DNA of 36,910 nt, from the NCBI GenBank assembly GCA_030615655.1, contig JAUWYU010000001.1, positions 1 through 36,910 on the forward strand. Reading direction: 5' to 3'. Shown here in pieces: positions 24,586-33,314 of the stretch. Position 1 is the stretch's first letter, and every line of letters starts with the position of its first letter. The notes beneath the pieces are model-generated. The model did no database searches. It was not told the origin of the DNA and saw only the letters and a program-made list of their open reading frames with translations. This DNA is from Dehalococcoidia bacterium. Lineage in GTDB: Bacteria; Chloroflexota; Dehalococcoidia; Dehalococcoidales; RBG-16-60-22. Made by a program: the position numbers and the translations under genes.

Positions 24586-27033
24586 TCATCTGATACTCTT
24601 AGTCAAGGGTTTAACCCTCTTTGCCGTGATTGATATGGGAAGGGTAAAGTGGATGGTACTTCCTTTCGCCATTATACTCTCTGCCCAGATTCGACCACCG
24701 TGCGCTTCTATTAGCCGCTGACATATGTATAATCCAAGACCGATACCATCCTTACCTGAAGACAGCCTTTGTTCGATTCGGTACATCCGGTCGAAGACAT
24801 TCGTCAGCTCCTCGGCAGGTATACCCGAGCCCTGGTCGGTAATGCTAATGAGTAGCTCCCGCCCGGTTCGTTGGGCTGATATCAGCACCTCCGTTCCCTG
24901 CGGCGAGTACTTGATGGCGTTATCAACCAGGTTGTCCAGTACCTGACGAATGCGCTTGGCATCAATATTTACTCTGGGCAGCTTATTTCCCAGCTTCATC
25001 ACTATGTTATGTTGACCGGCTCTGACGCTCGCCTCAGCGGTCACCCTCTGAATCAGTTGGGAGACATTGGTTGAAACCTTTTCCAGTTTTAACAATCCTG
25101 CCTCCATGCGGGATGTGTCCAGCAGGTTATCGACGAGTTTGGTCAGCCTGTCTGTGGAATTGTCTATGGATTTAAGGCAATCCCTCTTTTCATCAGAACT
25201 GAGCTTGGAGAAATAGTCGAGTATCATCGTGGAGTAGCCTTTTATCGTCGCCAAGGGAGTACGCAGTTCATGTGAGACCGTGGCCAGGAGGTCGCTCTTC
25301 ATTTTGCTCAGTTCTTCGTATTCAATCACCTTCCTTTCGAGATACTTACGCTCGGTGATGTCCATAAGATTTCCGAGGATGGCTTCTCTTCTCTGGTAAT
25401 GAATGGGGGAAACGGTCTGCATAACCCATTTGATTTGCCCAGTCTTGTTGAGAATCCGGTATTCACAAGGGTAGGGGCTCGCCTCCTGCAATGTAAACAC
25501 AGTACTTGACTTGACCGCGTCGCTGTCCTCAACGGCGACGAGGCTGAGGAGGTCCCTGCCCGACAATTCTTTTTCGCGGTAGCCGGTAAGCTTCTGGAAC
25601 TGCGGGTTGGTATACTGTAGCCTGTCATCCTGTACAATATAAATGCCCAGCGGTGAACTATGGTAAACTGTTTTGATTAGCTCCTCGGATTGTTTTCGCT
25701 CGGTGATGTCGGTTGTCACGGAGATGATACACGGTTCACCACCAATGTTAATGAGCTCGGCTGAGTACTGCCCGATGCGTATCTCGCCTGACTTATTACG
25801 GGACTCAACTTCCAAATTACGAACTTTGCCCTGTTTTTTCAGCATCTGTAACATTCTGGCGCGGTCCTCTGCGTTCATCCAGTTGCTGGTATCAATTGCG
25901 TAGCGGCCAATCACCTCGTCACGGGAGTAGCCGGTGAAGCGGGTGAAACTGTCATTAACTTCAATAAATCTGCCACCTTTGAGCGTGGATATGGCCATTA
26001 TATCAGGACTGGCCCGAAAGGCTTTGGAGAACTTCTCCTCAGATTCCCGCAGTGCTTCCTCCGCTTGCCTGTGTTCGGTAATTGCCCCCAGACGCTCGGC
26101 AACAGCATCAAGCAACAGACTTTCTTCTATTGAGAACAGTCCATTAGCTACTTTCGGCGTCGCCTTCAGATAGCCGACTTCTACGGTACCTACTTTCGCT
26201 CCACGTACTATAACGTCCGCTGCCATCTTCCGGGTGGTCCTCCTGTAGTTCTCCGTTTTAAACTTCTGCTCATTGAGGGTAATTTGGGCAAAGGTAATCT
26301 CGGGATATTGAAATGCTCTGGGAAGCAGCTTTACTATCTCCTCAAACCGTTCGTGCAGAGCGATGTCCGGTGCTCCGGTAATACTGGCAATATCATAGAG
26401 GCATCGTAGCTCTTTTACACGCTTATCTAAGGTGTGCTCCATCCGGTTGTACTCATATCTCTCAATGGTATCCCATTTGCCGGCGCGTCTGACAAGAGCG
26501 AACTGGTGGCTGCTGACGGCATCTATAATCTCAGGTGCACCGCACTTGTCCAGAGAGTAGGTGCAGATGGCAATCATCTTGCTGGTGGCATCACTACCCC
26601 CCTTTTCGTATTCCATGAAGTCCTGCCAGTCCTTTTTCTCGAGCCAGGTTGTACTGCCGACTACCCTCATGCCCTCATAACCGCTGGCGGGGGCTTGATT
26701 CAGCTTGTCACCCCAGCCCTTGGCGACTCTTTGTAGGTCAAGACTGCCGTCTTTGAGGTACCATTCGGTAGCCGGAATTATCTCTATCTGTCCCTTCTCC
26801 AGATATACGTCAAGTTTCTTCACGGACTTTCTTAACGCCTTTTCGGCAGCCTCTTTATTTAAAGGTTCTGAAGTAACCCACAGGCAAAATTCATTGTCTT
26901 TTAACCCGGCCTTGAAATAGGGCACCAGAATGTCAATCAGGTCCTCCACTGTCTGGTAGAGTAGACAAAGGTGTGTTCCCCAAGGAATGTAGCCGATGAT
27001 ATCAACCCCCGATTTTCTAAGCTCTTTTTTCAT
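24586..27033 (-). CDS. Soluble multi-domain sensor histidine kinase (MEDS-like N-terminus, GAF-like, two PAS, HisKA, HATPase_c)
   Basis: No TM segments are visible. The N-terminal GTHLCLLYQTVEDLIDILVPYFKAGLKDNEFCLWV resembles the MEDS domain. PAS linkers DITERK occur twice. The H-box is VSHELRTPLATIKGYS, the N-box DNLVDNAIKYS and the G-boxes DQGSGIP and GIGLGLYIC. Confidence 0.88.
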   Translation of the reverse strand: MKKELRKSGVDIIGYIPWGTHLCLLYQTVEDLIDILVPYFKAGLKDNEFCLWVTSEPLNKEAAEKALRKSVKKLDVYLEKGQIEIIPATEWYLKDGSLDLQRVAKGWGDKLNQAPASGYEGMRVVGSTTWLEKKDWQDFMEYEKGGSDATSKMIAICTYSLDKCGAPEIIDAVSSHQFALVRRAGKWDTIERYEYNRMEHTLDKRVKELRCLYDIASITGAPDIALHERFEEIVKLLPRAFQYPEITFAQITLNEQKFKTENYRRTTRKMAADVIVRGAKVGTVEVGYLKATPKVANGLFSIEESLLLDAVAERLGAITEHRQAEEALRESEEKFSKAFRASPDIMAISTLKGGRFIEVNDSFTRFTGYSRDEVIGRYAIDTSNWMNAEDRARMLQMLKKQGKVRNLEVESRNKSGEIRIGQYSAELINIGGEPCIISVTTDITERKQSEELIKTVYHSSPLGIYIVQDDRLQYTNPQFQKLTGYREKELSGRDLLSLVAVEDSDAVKSSTVFTLQEASPYPCEYRILNKTGQIKWVMQTVSPIHYQRREAILGNLMDITERKYLERKVIEYEELSKMKSDLLATVSHELRTPLATIKGYSTMILDYFSKLSSDEKRDCLKSIDNSTDRLTKLVDNLLDTSRMEAGLLKLEKVSTNVSQLIQRVTAEASVRAGQHNIVMKLGNKLPRVNIDAKRIRQVLDNLVDNAIKYSPQGTEVLISAQRTGRELLISITDQGSGIPAEELTNVFDRMYRIEQRLSSGKDGIGLGLYICQRLIEAHGGRIWAESIMAKGSTIHFTLPISITAKRVKPLTKSIR

Positions 27034-27075
27034 TTTAATTGCTACCTATTTATCTGGTTATGATTCAATACATTT

Positions 27076-27104
27076 ATAGTAAGGAATCATACCATATCCG
27101 TCAA
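27076..27104 (-). promoter_or_regulatory. Candidate sigma70-like promoter for the MEDS kinase and OmpR regulator pair
   Basis: Read on the minus strand: TTGACG (27104..27099), a 17-nt spacer, then TACTAT (27081..27076). It lies about 45 nt upstream of ATG 27033. Confidence 0.4.
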
Positions 27105-27130
27105 GTGTCCACAAGAAAGCATGATTTTGC

Positions 27131-28192
27131 CTAGTGTCCGTCAAGCATATCCTTTAGTTCCTCAAGGTCGGTACTCCGGGCGAGAGCTTCTTCTCTCGTT
27201 ATAATCCCGCTGCAGTAAAGGGCTGAGAGTGACTGGTTCAGAGTCTGCATACCGAATTGGGCTCCTGTCTGGATAGCATTCATCAGCTGGTAACTCTTCC
27301 CTTCACGGATAAGGTTCCTGATGGCGGCCGTAGCCAGCATGACCTCTACAGCGGCGGTACGGCCTGAGCTATCGCTTCGTGGCAATAGTATCTGGTAGAG
27401 TATCCCCTCGAGTGTGATAGAGAGCTGTGTGCGTACCTGTTGCTGCTGGTACGGCGGAAAGACGTCAATGAATCGGTCGATTGCCTGTGGCGCGCCCGGG
27501 GTGTGGAGGGTAGTCAGGACCAGGTGGCCAGTCTCCGCAGCTGTCAATACGGCAGACATCGTCTCCAGGTCTCTCATCTCCCCTACCAGAATGACGTCGG
27601 GGTCCTGCCGGAGCGCGTGCTTCAGGGCATTGGTAAAAGACTTGGTATCTCGGCCAAGCTCTCGCTGAGAGAAGATACACTTTTTATCCTGGTGAACAAA
27701 CTCAACGGGGTCTTCTATGGTGACGATCTTGCGCTTTTCTGTTTGATTGAGATAGTTCATCATGGCGGCGAGGGTAGTTGATTTACCACTGCCGGCAGGG
27801 CCAGTAACTACCACCAGACCGCTCGATTTCAGGGCTAGGTCCTTACATACCGCCGGCAGTCCCAGCTCTTCTATAGCTGGACACTCCATCCTTACCGGGC
27901 GGCAGGCCAGACTTGTCGTTCCGCCTTGCCGACAGACATTTATGCGGAATCGGCCGATGCCATCGGTCTGGTAGGCGAAATCAGATTCCAGTTCGTCAGC
28001 GAAGGTCCTTCTTTGCTCATCAGTCGTTACTTCTGTGAAGAGCGCCTGTATATCCTCCGCCGTTATTACCGTCATATGCTCCTGCGGGACGAGTTCTCCA
28101 TTAATGCGGAGAACGGGAAAGCCCCCGATTTTGAGATGCAGGTCCGAGGCACCTTTGGTCACCGCCATGCCCAGCAGGTCATCTATATGCAT
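27131..28192 (-). CDS. pilT: Type IV pilus retraction ATPase PilT
   Basis: This 353-aa protein has Walker A GPAGSGKST, the Asp box, the His box TGHLVLTTLHT and PilT-like sequence throughout. Confidence 0.9.
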   Translation of the reverse strand: MHIDDLLGMAVTKGASDLHLKIGGFPVLRINGELVPQEHMTVITAEDIQALFTEVTTDEQRRTFADELESDFAYQTDGIGRFRINVCRQGGTTSLACRPVRMECPAIEELGLPAVCKDLALKSSGLVVVTGPAGSGKSTTLAAMMNYLNQTEKRKIVTIEDPVEFVHQDKKCIFSQRELGRDTKSFTNALKHALRQDPDVILVGEMRDLETMSAVLTAAETGHLVLTTLHTPGAPQAIDRFIDVFPPYQQQQVRTQLSITLEGILYQILLPRSDSSGRTAAVEVMLATAAIRNLIREGKSYQLMNAIQTGAQFGMQTLNQSLSALYCSGIITREEALARSTDLEELKDMLDGH

Positions 28193-28231
28193 CCTGTTAT
28201 CTCCTTATCAACAATCTAAAACCTTCGGTAT

Positions 28232-29728
28232 CTACTTATTGATGAAAATTTCAAATGTAATCACGCTGCTTTCGACTACTATAGGTTCGGATTCGGCGGC
28301 TTCAGCTGTCACTGTAATTGCTTCATCCAGCTCGGTGATGCGGACTTCCGAGAACGTATCTTTTGCCTCCAGAGCCATTGCATAGTTAACAACCATAAAA
28401 ACACTATCGGTTTCTCCTTGCACAGTAATCAGGTTATTGTCAATTTCTATTGACGTAAAATAGGTTCGGGGTGGCAGAGTCTCGGTAACCAGTTGCAGAT
28501 TACTGGTGAAGTCGCCTCGGGTACTCAGGATGCTCTGCTGTCCCTCTTTAAGCGTCTCTATGCTGTCGGTTATTTCCCGGATGGTTTCTTCGGTTCTGGC
28601 TACCTCCTCAGCCGCGAGGGCGGTCAGGTTAAGTTCCCGGCTGACCCCGTGAAGCTCGTTTTCTCGGTCCAGGTTTTCCACGCTGAGTTGACTCCTGGCC
28701 TGGTAGAAAGGAAAAAGAGAGGCGACAGCAATTGCCAGGAATATACCCAGCAATATATATCGTGCCGGTAGCGGCCGGGCCTTGCTTCTCCGGTATTTTC
28801 CAGAAAGTATGTTGATATTTATATCATAGAAATGGGCGGCTTCTCCTTTAGCCGCCGTTTTCTGCGGTATCTTCTTAAGAGCCAGCCCCAGACTGGCGGC
28901 GTATGAGGCGACGGGCAGGTCGGGTGGGAATTCCAGTGGCGGGATGAGAGGTTCTAAGGGATATTCTATCTCAGCCTGCAGCAGGCCACTGGTGGGAGCC
29001 TCGGCAGCCAGTTCACCAGTCAGCAGCAGGGGTGTATCTGGACTCAGTTGGTTTTCCGGGTGGTTGCTCTGGTAAAAGGCCGCTGTTTTGGTTAACTCGT
29101 CGACCAACCTCCGGATATTGTCCTCGAGAGTAGCTCCCTCCCCTCTTGGACTTATAGTGTGTATCACCGCGGGGATACCATTAGCAATAAAGACGATATC
29201 AAAGCCGTCGGGCTCCAGGCTGGCTACTATGGCGTCTCCCCGACTGGCGGCTCTGGCCAGAGCCAGCGGTCGCAGGTCCATGAGATATGGCTCCACTCCG
29301 GCTATACTTAGTGTCTGAATCATGTTATCAACGAGATTGCGCGGCACGCCCAGGACAAAGAAAGCCTGCTCGTCCCCTTTACCGGGAAGAGGCTGCCACG
29401 AAAGATACAGTTCATCCAGAGGCAGTGATATTTCTTTCTTCGCGGCGCGCAGGATAGCTTCCTCCAGGAGGTCTGGTTTCATACGGGGCAGGCTCAGGAA
29501 TCGGTAAGTAAAGGACAGACCGGAAAGGCTTGTGATTACTTTTTCTTTGGGGATTCTGGTTGATTTAAAAAGGGCATCAATAGCCTCGCCGACGGCTTGT
29601 GGCTGTAAAATCAGGCCATCCCGGACTAGGTCAGCCGTCAGGGCCTGGCTCCCCCACTTCTTTACCTGTCTCCCCTTCACTGAGAGGATTCTCAGGCTAC
29701 TGTTGCTGATATTTAGCGCAACATACAT
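28232..29728 (-). CDS. pilM: Type IV pilus assembly protein, PilM (actin-like ATPase fold) fused to a TM plus PilN-like C-terminal region
   Basis: About the first 310 aa are PilM-like. A single TM (ILLGIFLAIAVASLFPFY) follows, then a coiled-coil and an alpha/beta extracytoplasmic segment like PilN. The gene lies directly upstream of pilT and downstream of pilO. Confidence 0.75.
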   Translation of the reverse strand: MYVALNISNSSLRILSVKGRQVKKWGSQALTADLVRDGLILQPQAVGEAIDALFKSTRIPKEKVITSLSGLSFTYRFLSLPRMKPDLLEEAILRAAKKEISLPLDELYLSWQPLPGKGDEQAFFVLGVPRNLVDNMIQTLSIAGVEPYLMDLRPLALARAASRGDAIVASLEPDGFDIVFIANGIPAVIHTISPRGEGATLEDNIRRLVDELTKTAAFYQSNHPENQLSPDTPLLLTGELAAEAPTSGLLQAEIEYPLEPLIPPLEFPPDLPVASYAASLGLALKKIPQKTAAKGEAAHFYDININILSGKYRRSKARPLPARYILLGIFLAIAVASLFPFYQARSQLSVENLDRENELHGVSRELNLTALAAEEVARTEETIREITDSIETLKEGQQSILSTRGDFTSNLQLVTETLPPRTYFTSIEIDNNLITVQGETDSVFMVVNYAMALEAKDTFSEVRITELDEAITVTAEAAESEPIVVESSVITFEIFINK

Positions 29729-29747
29729 TTTTATAGTACGCCTTTCC

Positions 29748-30323
29748 CTACTGGTCGATGGTTGGAGATTGAGAATGGATGGCTATATCCAGGCTGGCGT
29801 TTACCTGTGTATTGTCCCCGGGGGTACTTTCTGCCCCGGATGACTCGGTTACTCTGCTAACTCTAAAATTTTCCACGATAAGTGTCTCAAGCTCTCCGTT
29901 TTCCAGCTGGTTCAAGAAGCTGACCAGTTGTGCGAAGGTGCCGGTTACGGCTATGTTTAATCGAAAAACGAAATAGTCATAATCACTGACACTCTCTATT
30001 GCCCAGGGTTGTGTTATCAGGGGTATTGCCTTGACCCCGACTTCATCGGCGAGCTTGAGAATGGTATTGATTATCCTGGTGCTGTTTAGCTTGCTGGGGA
30101 ATGAGTTTCTAATCCCTTCCAGACTGGTCTGGGCGGCGGCTAACTGCTCCTCCAGGTCGGCGGGGGGTGCGGGAATTTGCGCCAGTGCCTGGGTGGCCTC
30201 GGCGATTTGAGATGCAAGCACCTCACGCTCCTGCTGCTGTTTAAGATAGTCCGTTCCCATGAGGTAGTAGACCACAAGAAGGACGGCACATAACAGTACT
30301 AAGAGTAATTTTCTGGTCTTCAT
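29748..30323 (-). CDS. pilO: Type IV pilus assembly protein PilO-like
   Basis: This 191-aa protein has an N-terminal TM, a coiled-coil and a C-terminal ferredoxin-like segment (FRLNIAVTGTFAQLVSFLNQLENG). Its operon position fits PilO. Confidence 0.7.
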   Translation of the reverse strand: MKTRKLLLVLLCAVLLVVYYLMGTDYLKQQQEREVLASQIAEATQALAQIPAPPADLEEQLAAAQTSLEGIRNSFPSKLNSTRIINTILKLADEVGVKAIPLITQPWAIESVSDYDYFVFRLNIAVTGTFAQLVSFLNQLENGELETLIVENFRVSRVTESSGAESTPGDNTQVNASLDIAIHSQSPTIDQ

Positions 30324-30338
30324 TAGGATGTCTCTTTT

Positions 30339-30458
30339 TTATTGCTTTTGACCATTATTTTGCTGTAAGGATTTCAGAAGTACCGCCAGTATTACCGGAT
30401 TGGTGAGTGCCATGCGCACGAGTAATATGCTGGTAGCCCCCAGCGCGTCAAAAGTCAC
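30339..30458 (-). CDS. Unlisted 39-codon ORF encoding a small hydrophobic peptide (VTFDALGATSILLVRMALTNPVILAVLLKSLQQNNGQKQ)
   Basis: The GTG start at 30458 is preceded by a strong AAGGAGG RBS with 7-nt spacing. The ORF fills an otherwise unexplained 164-nt gap inside the tightly packed pilus operon. It is below the 60-aa cutoff of the ORF track. Confidence 0.4.
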   Translation of the reverse strand: MTFDALGATSILLVRMALTNPVILAVLLKSLQQNNGQKQ

Positions 30459-30487
30459 TTTTCCAACCTCCTTTATTATGACCGTTG

Positions 30488-31201
30488 CTATTCTACCTGC
30501 CACGAGATTACCCTTGTTGCCAGGTAACTGGCGGTTGCCCTGACTGTGATAGTGCAGTCACCCTTCTGTGCTCTAATATCATAACTGGCAATCGGATAGG
30601 TGATGCTGATTGTTATTGGTCCGGGCCCGAGTGGGCCATACTTGTTCTCTATAGGGAGAGTAACTAGGATGGTGTATGAGCCAGCGGAGTCGATTTCAAA
30701 CACAGCTGTATAAGGGCCAGCTCCTGTGAACTCGTAGTCTGGTTGTCCTGATACGTTACTTAGCTCAACTATCACAGGTTTGGAGGCAGTAATATTACTA
30801 ATCAACACGGTTATGGAGCCCTTGTCTGACGCTTGGAAGTCATAGTTATGTTCGCCTTGCCCATCTTGCCATTCCGGCGTTATCGTCTCAATAGCCCCTG
30901 CATCTTCAACAAAGCGTAGCTCGGTGGTGGGAAATGAGGAGCCATTTATCTCGCTGGGGACAGGTTCAAGCATAGTGCTGTCGTAAGTGGTATTGGTGGT
31001 GAGTACGGGGTTTTCCTCAAGCCTCCACATAGCCCACTCAATGCCAGAATCACAGGAGTAAAGTTCGGTTATCCCCTGCTCATAGACGCGGGAGCCGATG
31101 AGGTTGCTACTGGCGTGGCCGAGGAACGGCGTTATCACCAGCGTGCCCATGGCCAGGGCCAGTATAGCGAGGGGAAGGGCCTGCCCCTTTTCGCTATTCA
31201 T
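30488..31201 (-). CDS. Pilus-associated protein with an N-terminal hydrophobic helix (atypical pseudopilin / PilX-like)
   Basis: This 237-aa protein starts MNSEKGQALPLAILALAMGTLVITPFLG, which is pilin-like but lacks Glu at +5. The start shares 1 nt with the preceding stop (TGATG). Confidence 0.55.
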   Translation of the reverse strand: MNSEKGQALPLAILALAMGTLVITPFLGHASSNLIGSRVYEQGITELYSCDSGIEWAMWRLEENPVLTTNTTYDSTMLEPVPSEINGSSFPTTELRFVEDAGAIETITPEWQDGQGEHNYDFQASDKGSITVLISNITASKPVIVELSNVSGQPDYEFTGAGPYTAVFEIDSAGSYTILVTLPIENKYGPLGPGPITISITYPIASYDIRAQKGDCTITVRATASYLATRVISWQVE

Positions 31202-31650
31202 CAGTCTTCCTCCGATGGCCTGAGGTAAACCTTGTAGGTGCCGTTTTCACTCACGTTGTCCCGCCCCTCGGGGGATGAAGTCAGGGACATGGTGATAACC
31301 CGATTCTGGACGGCAAAATCAGCACTGGAGATATTCCGTGCCAGTGTCATCTGGTTACCACCGGCGGTGCGGTGCAGCTCGGTACCTGCCAGAGAGTAGG
31401 TAATTGAATTATTGGCGGAGATGGTCAGCAACAAATCGCCGTTCACGTTGGCAGTGCTGGCTCTCTGCCCGTCGAGGTTGAACCAGTGAGCCGCATTTTG
31501 CAGCTCATGCATGGCGGTGAGCCTGTCGTTGCCGTACTCGGTAATGGTAATGATTTGATAGATTGCCGTGCCCAGAAAAACGACGATAATGCCGGTAACT
31601 GCGACGGCAACGAGCAATTCCACCAGGGTAACGCCTTCCTGTCCTTTCAT
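31201..31650 (-). CDS. Type IV prepilin-like protein (short leader)
   Basis: MKGQEG|VTLVELLVAVAVTGIIV shows G at -1, E at +5 and a hydrophobic N-terminal helix. Length is 149 aa. Confidence 0.8.
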   Translation of the reverse strand: MKGQEGVTLVELLVAVAVTGIIVVFLGTAIYQIITITEYGNDRLTAMHELQNAAHWFNLDGQRASTANVNGDLLLTISANNSITYSLAGTELHRTAGGNQMTLARNISSADFAVQNRVITMSLTSSPEGRDNVSENGTYKVYLRPSEED

Positions 31651-32048
31651 CGGTTCACCTTATAGTCTTCAACTACAAATATGCTCTCGCTCCCCCGGGA
31701 GATGGTTACCGTTATTTTCTGTATATCGGTATCAGTATCCGGGACGGAAGTAACGTTGACAGAGATAGCATAATCTGCCTGTGTGTCAACCGTGGGATAA
31801 GTGCCTGCGCCGGGGTAGTAGGTATAGCTTTTAGTGTATTCCAGCTGAGTCTGTGCCAGACTCTGTGCCACGACTTCCTCGTCCTGTTGGCCTACGGCGA
31901 TTGACCCCGCCGAAAGGGCGACGACAAAGGCAACCACAGAGGTTCCTAGAATAGCCACCGCGACTAATGTCTCTACCAGGCCCAGACCCCTCTGGCCCTG
32001 CGCCCGGCTTTTTACCTGCGCTAACCTCTGTCTTATTGTCCTTTTCAT
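31647..32048 (-). CDS. Type IV prepilin-like protein (long basic leader)
   Basis: MKRTIRQRLAQVKSRAQGQRG|LGLVETLVAVAILG shows G at -1, E at +5 and a 21-aa basic leader. Length is 133 aa, with a 4-nt overlap with the next gene. Confidence 0.75.
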   Translation of the reverse strand: MKRTIRQRLAQVKSRAQGQRGLGLVETLVAVAILGTSVVAFVVALSAGSIAVGQQDEEVVAQSLAQTQLEYTKSYTYYPGAGTYPTVDTQADYAISVNVTSVPDTDTDIQKITVTISRGSESIFVVEDYKVNR

Positions 32049-32070
32049 TTTCGCTGCCTGCCGTAAACAT

Positions 32071-33282
32071 TTAATGCATGGACCTTAGTATTGAGTACAG
32101 CGGTGTTATCATGGAGAGAGCGATAAAAATAACTACTATCCCGATGATCAACGTCAATACAGGTTCTATCATGGAAATGAGGGCATCGATCCTGCGGTCA
32201 ACCCTCCGTTCGTAAAAGTCGGCGAGGGTAGCTAGGGTAGAGTCCATGGCACCGGACTTCTCTCCCACCACCACCATCTCCACCAGAAGAGGGGGGAATA
32301 GCTCAATCTCAGACATTGGCTGCGACAGACCCTCTCCCTGGATCAGCCTGTCTCTAACATGACTCAATGCCTGGCGGATAATCTGGTTCCGATTGGTCTG
32401 TATGGCAATGTCCATTATCTGGGGTAAGCGCAGCCCTGCCTTCAGCAGCATTGAAGCCGTTCGGCAGAAATGGTGCACACTGCGCTCAATGTTAATAGCG
32501 CCGATTAGCGGTATTTTCAGCATTAATTTGTCCTTGGCCTGCTTTACGGACGGCAGCCTCAGCAGGCCGACGGTTGACATAATGAGAATTAATAATCCGC
32601 CGAGGATGTAGAGGATATGTTTGATGGCGAACTCGGTAACGGTAATCAGCAACTGTGTCATCCAGGGAAGGTCAGCACCGAAAGAAGTAAACAGTTCCAC
32701 CAGCGGCGGCAGGGCTACCGTAATGAGCAGGATAGATACCCCGATAGCCATAAGTAAGACAAAGGCCGGGTAAAGCATGGCGCGTTTTATTTTTTGGTTG
32801 GCGGCTGCCTGTTTTTCCATGTAGCTGGCGGCCTGCCTCAGACCTGTTTCCAGATTGCCTGCCTGTTCGCTGGCCTTAATCACCTGGCAGTAGGTATTGT
32901 GAAATGCCTGTGGATAACAGGTGAGTGCCTGGGAGAGGGAATTGCCTCCCTGGATTTCTTCGACCAGTCCGTCGATAATCTTTTTCAGTGACGGCTTGGA
33001 AGTCTGTCCCTCAAGTAGCTTCAGTGACGTAAGTATGTTGATACCCGACTCAATCAAGGTGGTCAGTTGGTTGGAGAAATCAATCACATCCTGAGTCCTG
33101 ACGCCAAAAAGGGTTGGTATCAACCTTTCAAGACTCAGGCCTGGCGGCACTTCTTTGAGGCTGAGGATATGCTGATACCCGGCACGGTAGAGGGCTCCCT
33201 CGGCCAGACTTTCTGAAGTGACTTCGATCGTACCCTGAACAATCTTTTTATCATTTGTATAGGCTTTGTACTTGTATGCCAT
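32071..33282 (-). CDS. pilC: Type IV pilus platform protein PilC (GspF family)
   Basis: This 403-aa protein has two GspF-type repeats with three TM helices. Confidence 0.9.
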   Translation of the reverse strand: MAYKYKAYTNDKKIVQGTIEVTSESLAEGALYRAGYQHILSLKEVPPGLSLERLIPTLFGVRTQDVIDFSNQLTTLIESGINILTSLKLLEGQTSKPSLKKIIDGLVEEIQGGNSLSQALTCYPQAFHNTYCQVIKASEQAGNLETGLRQAASYMEKQAAANQKIKRAMLYPAFVLLMAIGVSILLITVALPPLVELFTSFGADLPWMTQLLITVTEFAIKHILYILGGLLILIMSTVGLLRLPSVKQAKDKLMLKIPLIGAINIERSVHHFCRTASMLLKAGLRLPQIMDIAIQTNRNQIIRQALSHVRDRLIQGEGLSQPMSEIELFPPLLVEMVVVGEKSGAMDSTLATLADFYERRVDRRIDALISMIEPVLTLIIGIVVIFIALSMITPLYSILRSMH

Positions 33283-33314
33283 AATTTCACCTGAAGTAGC
33301 CTGAATACCCGTTG

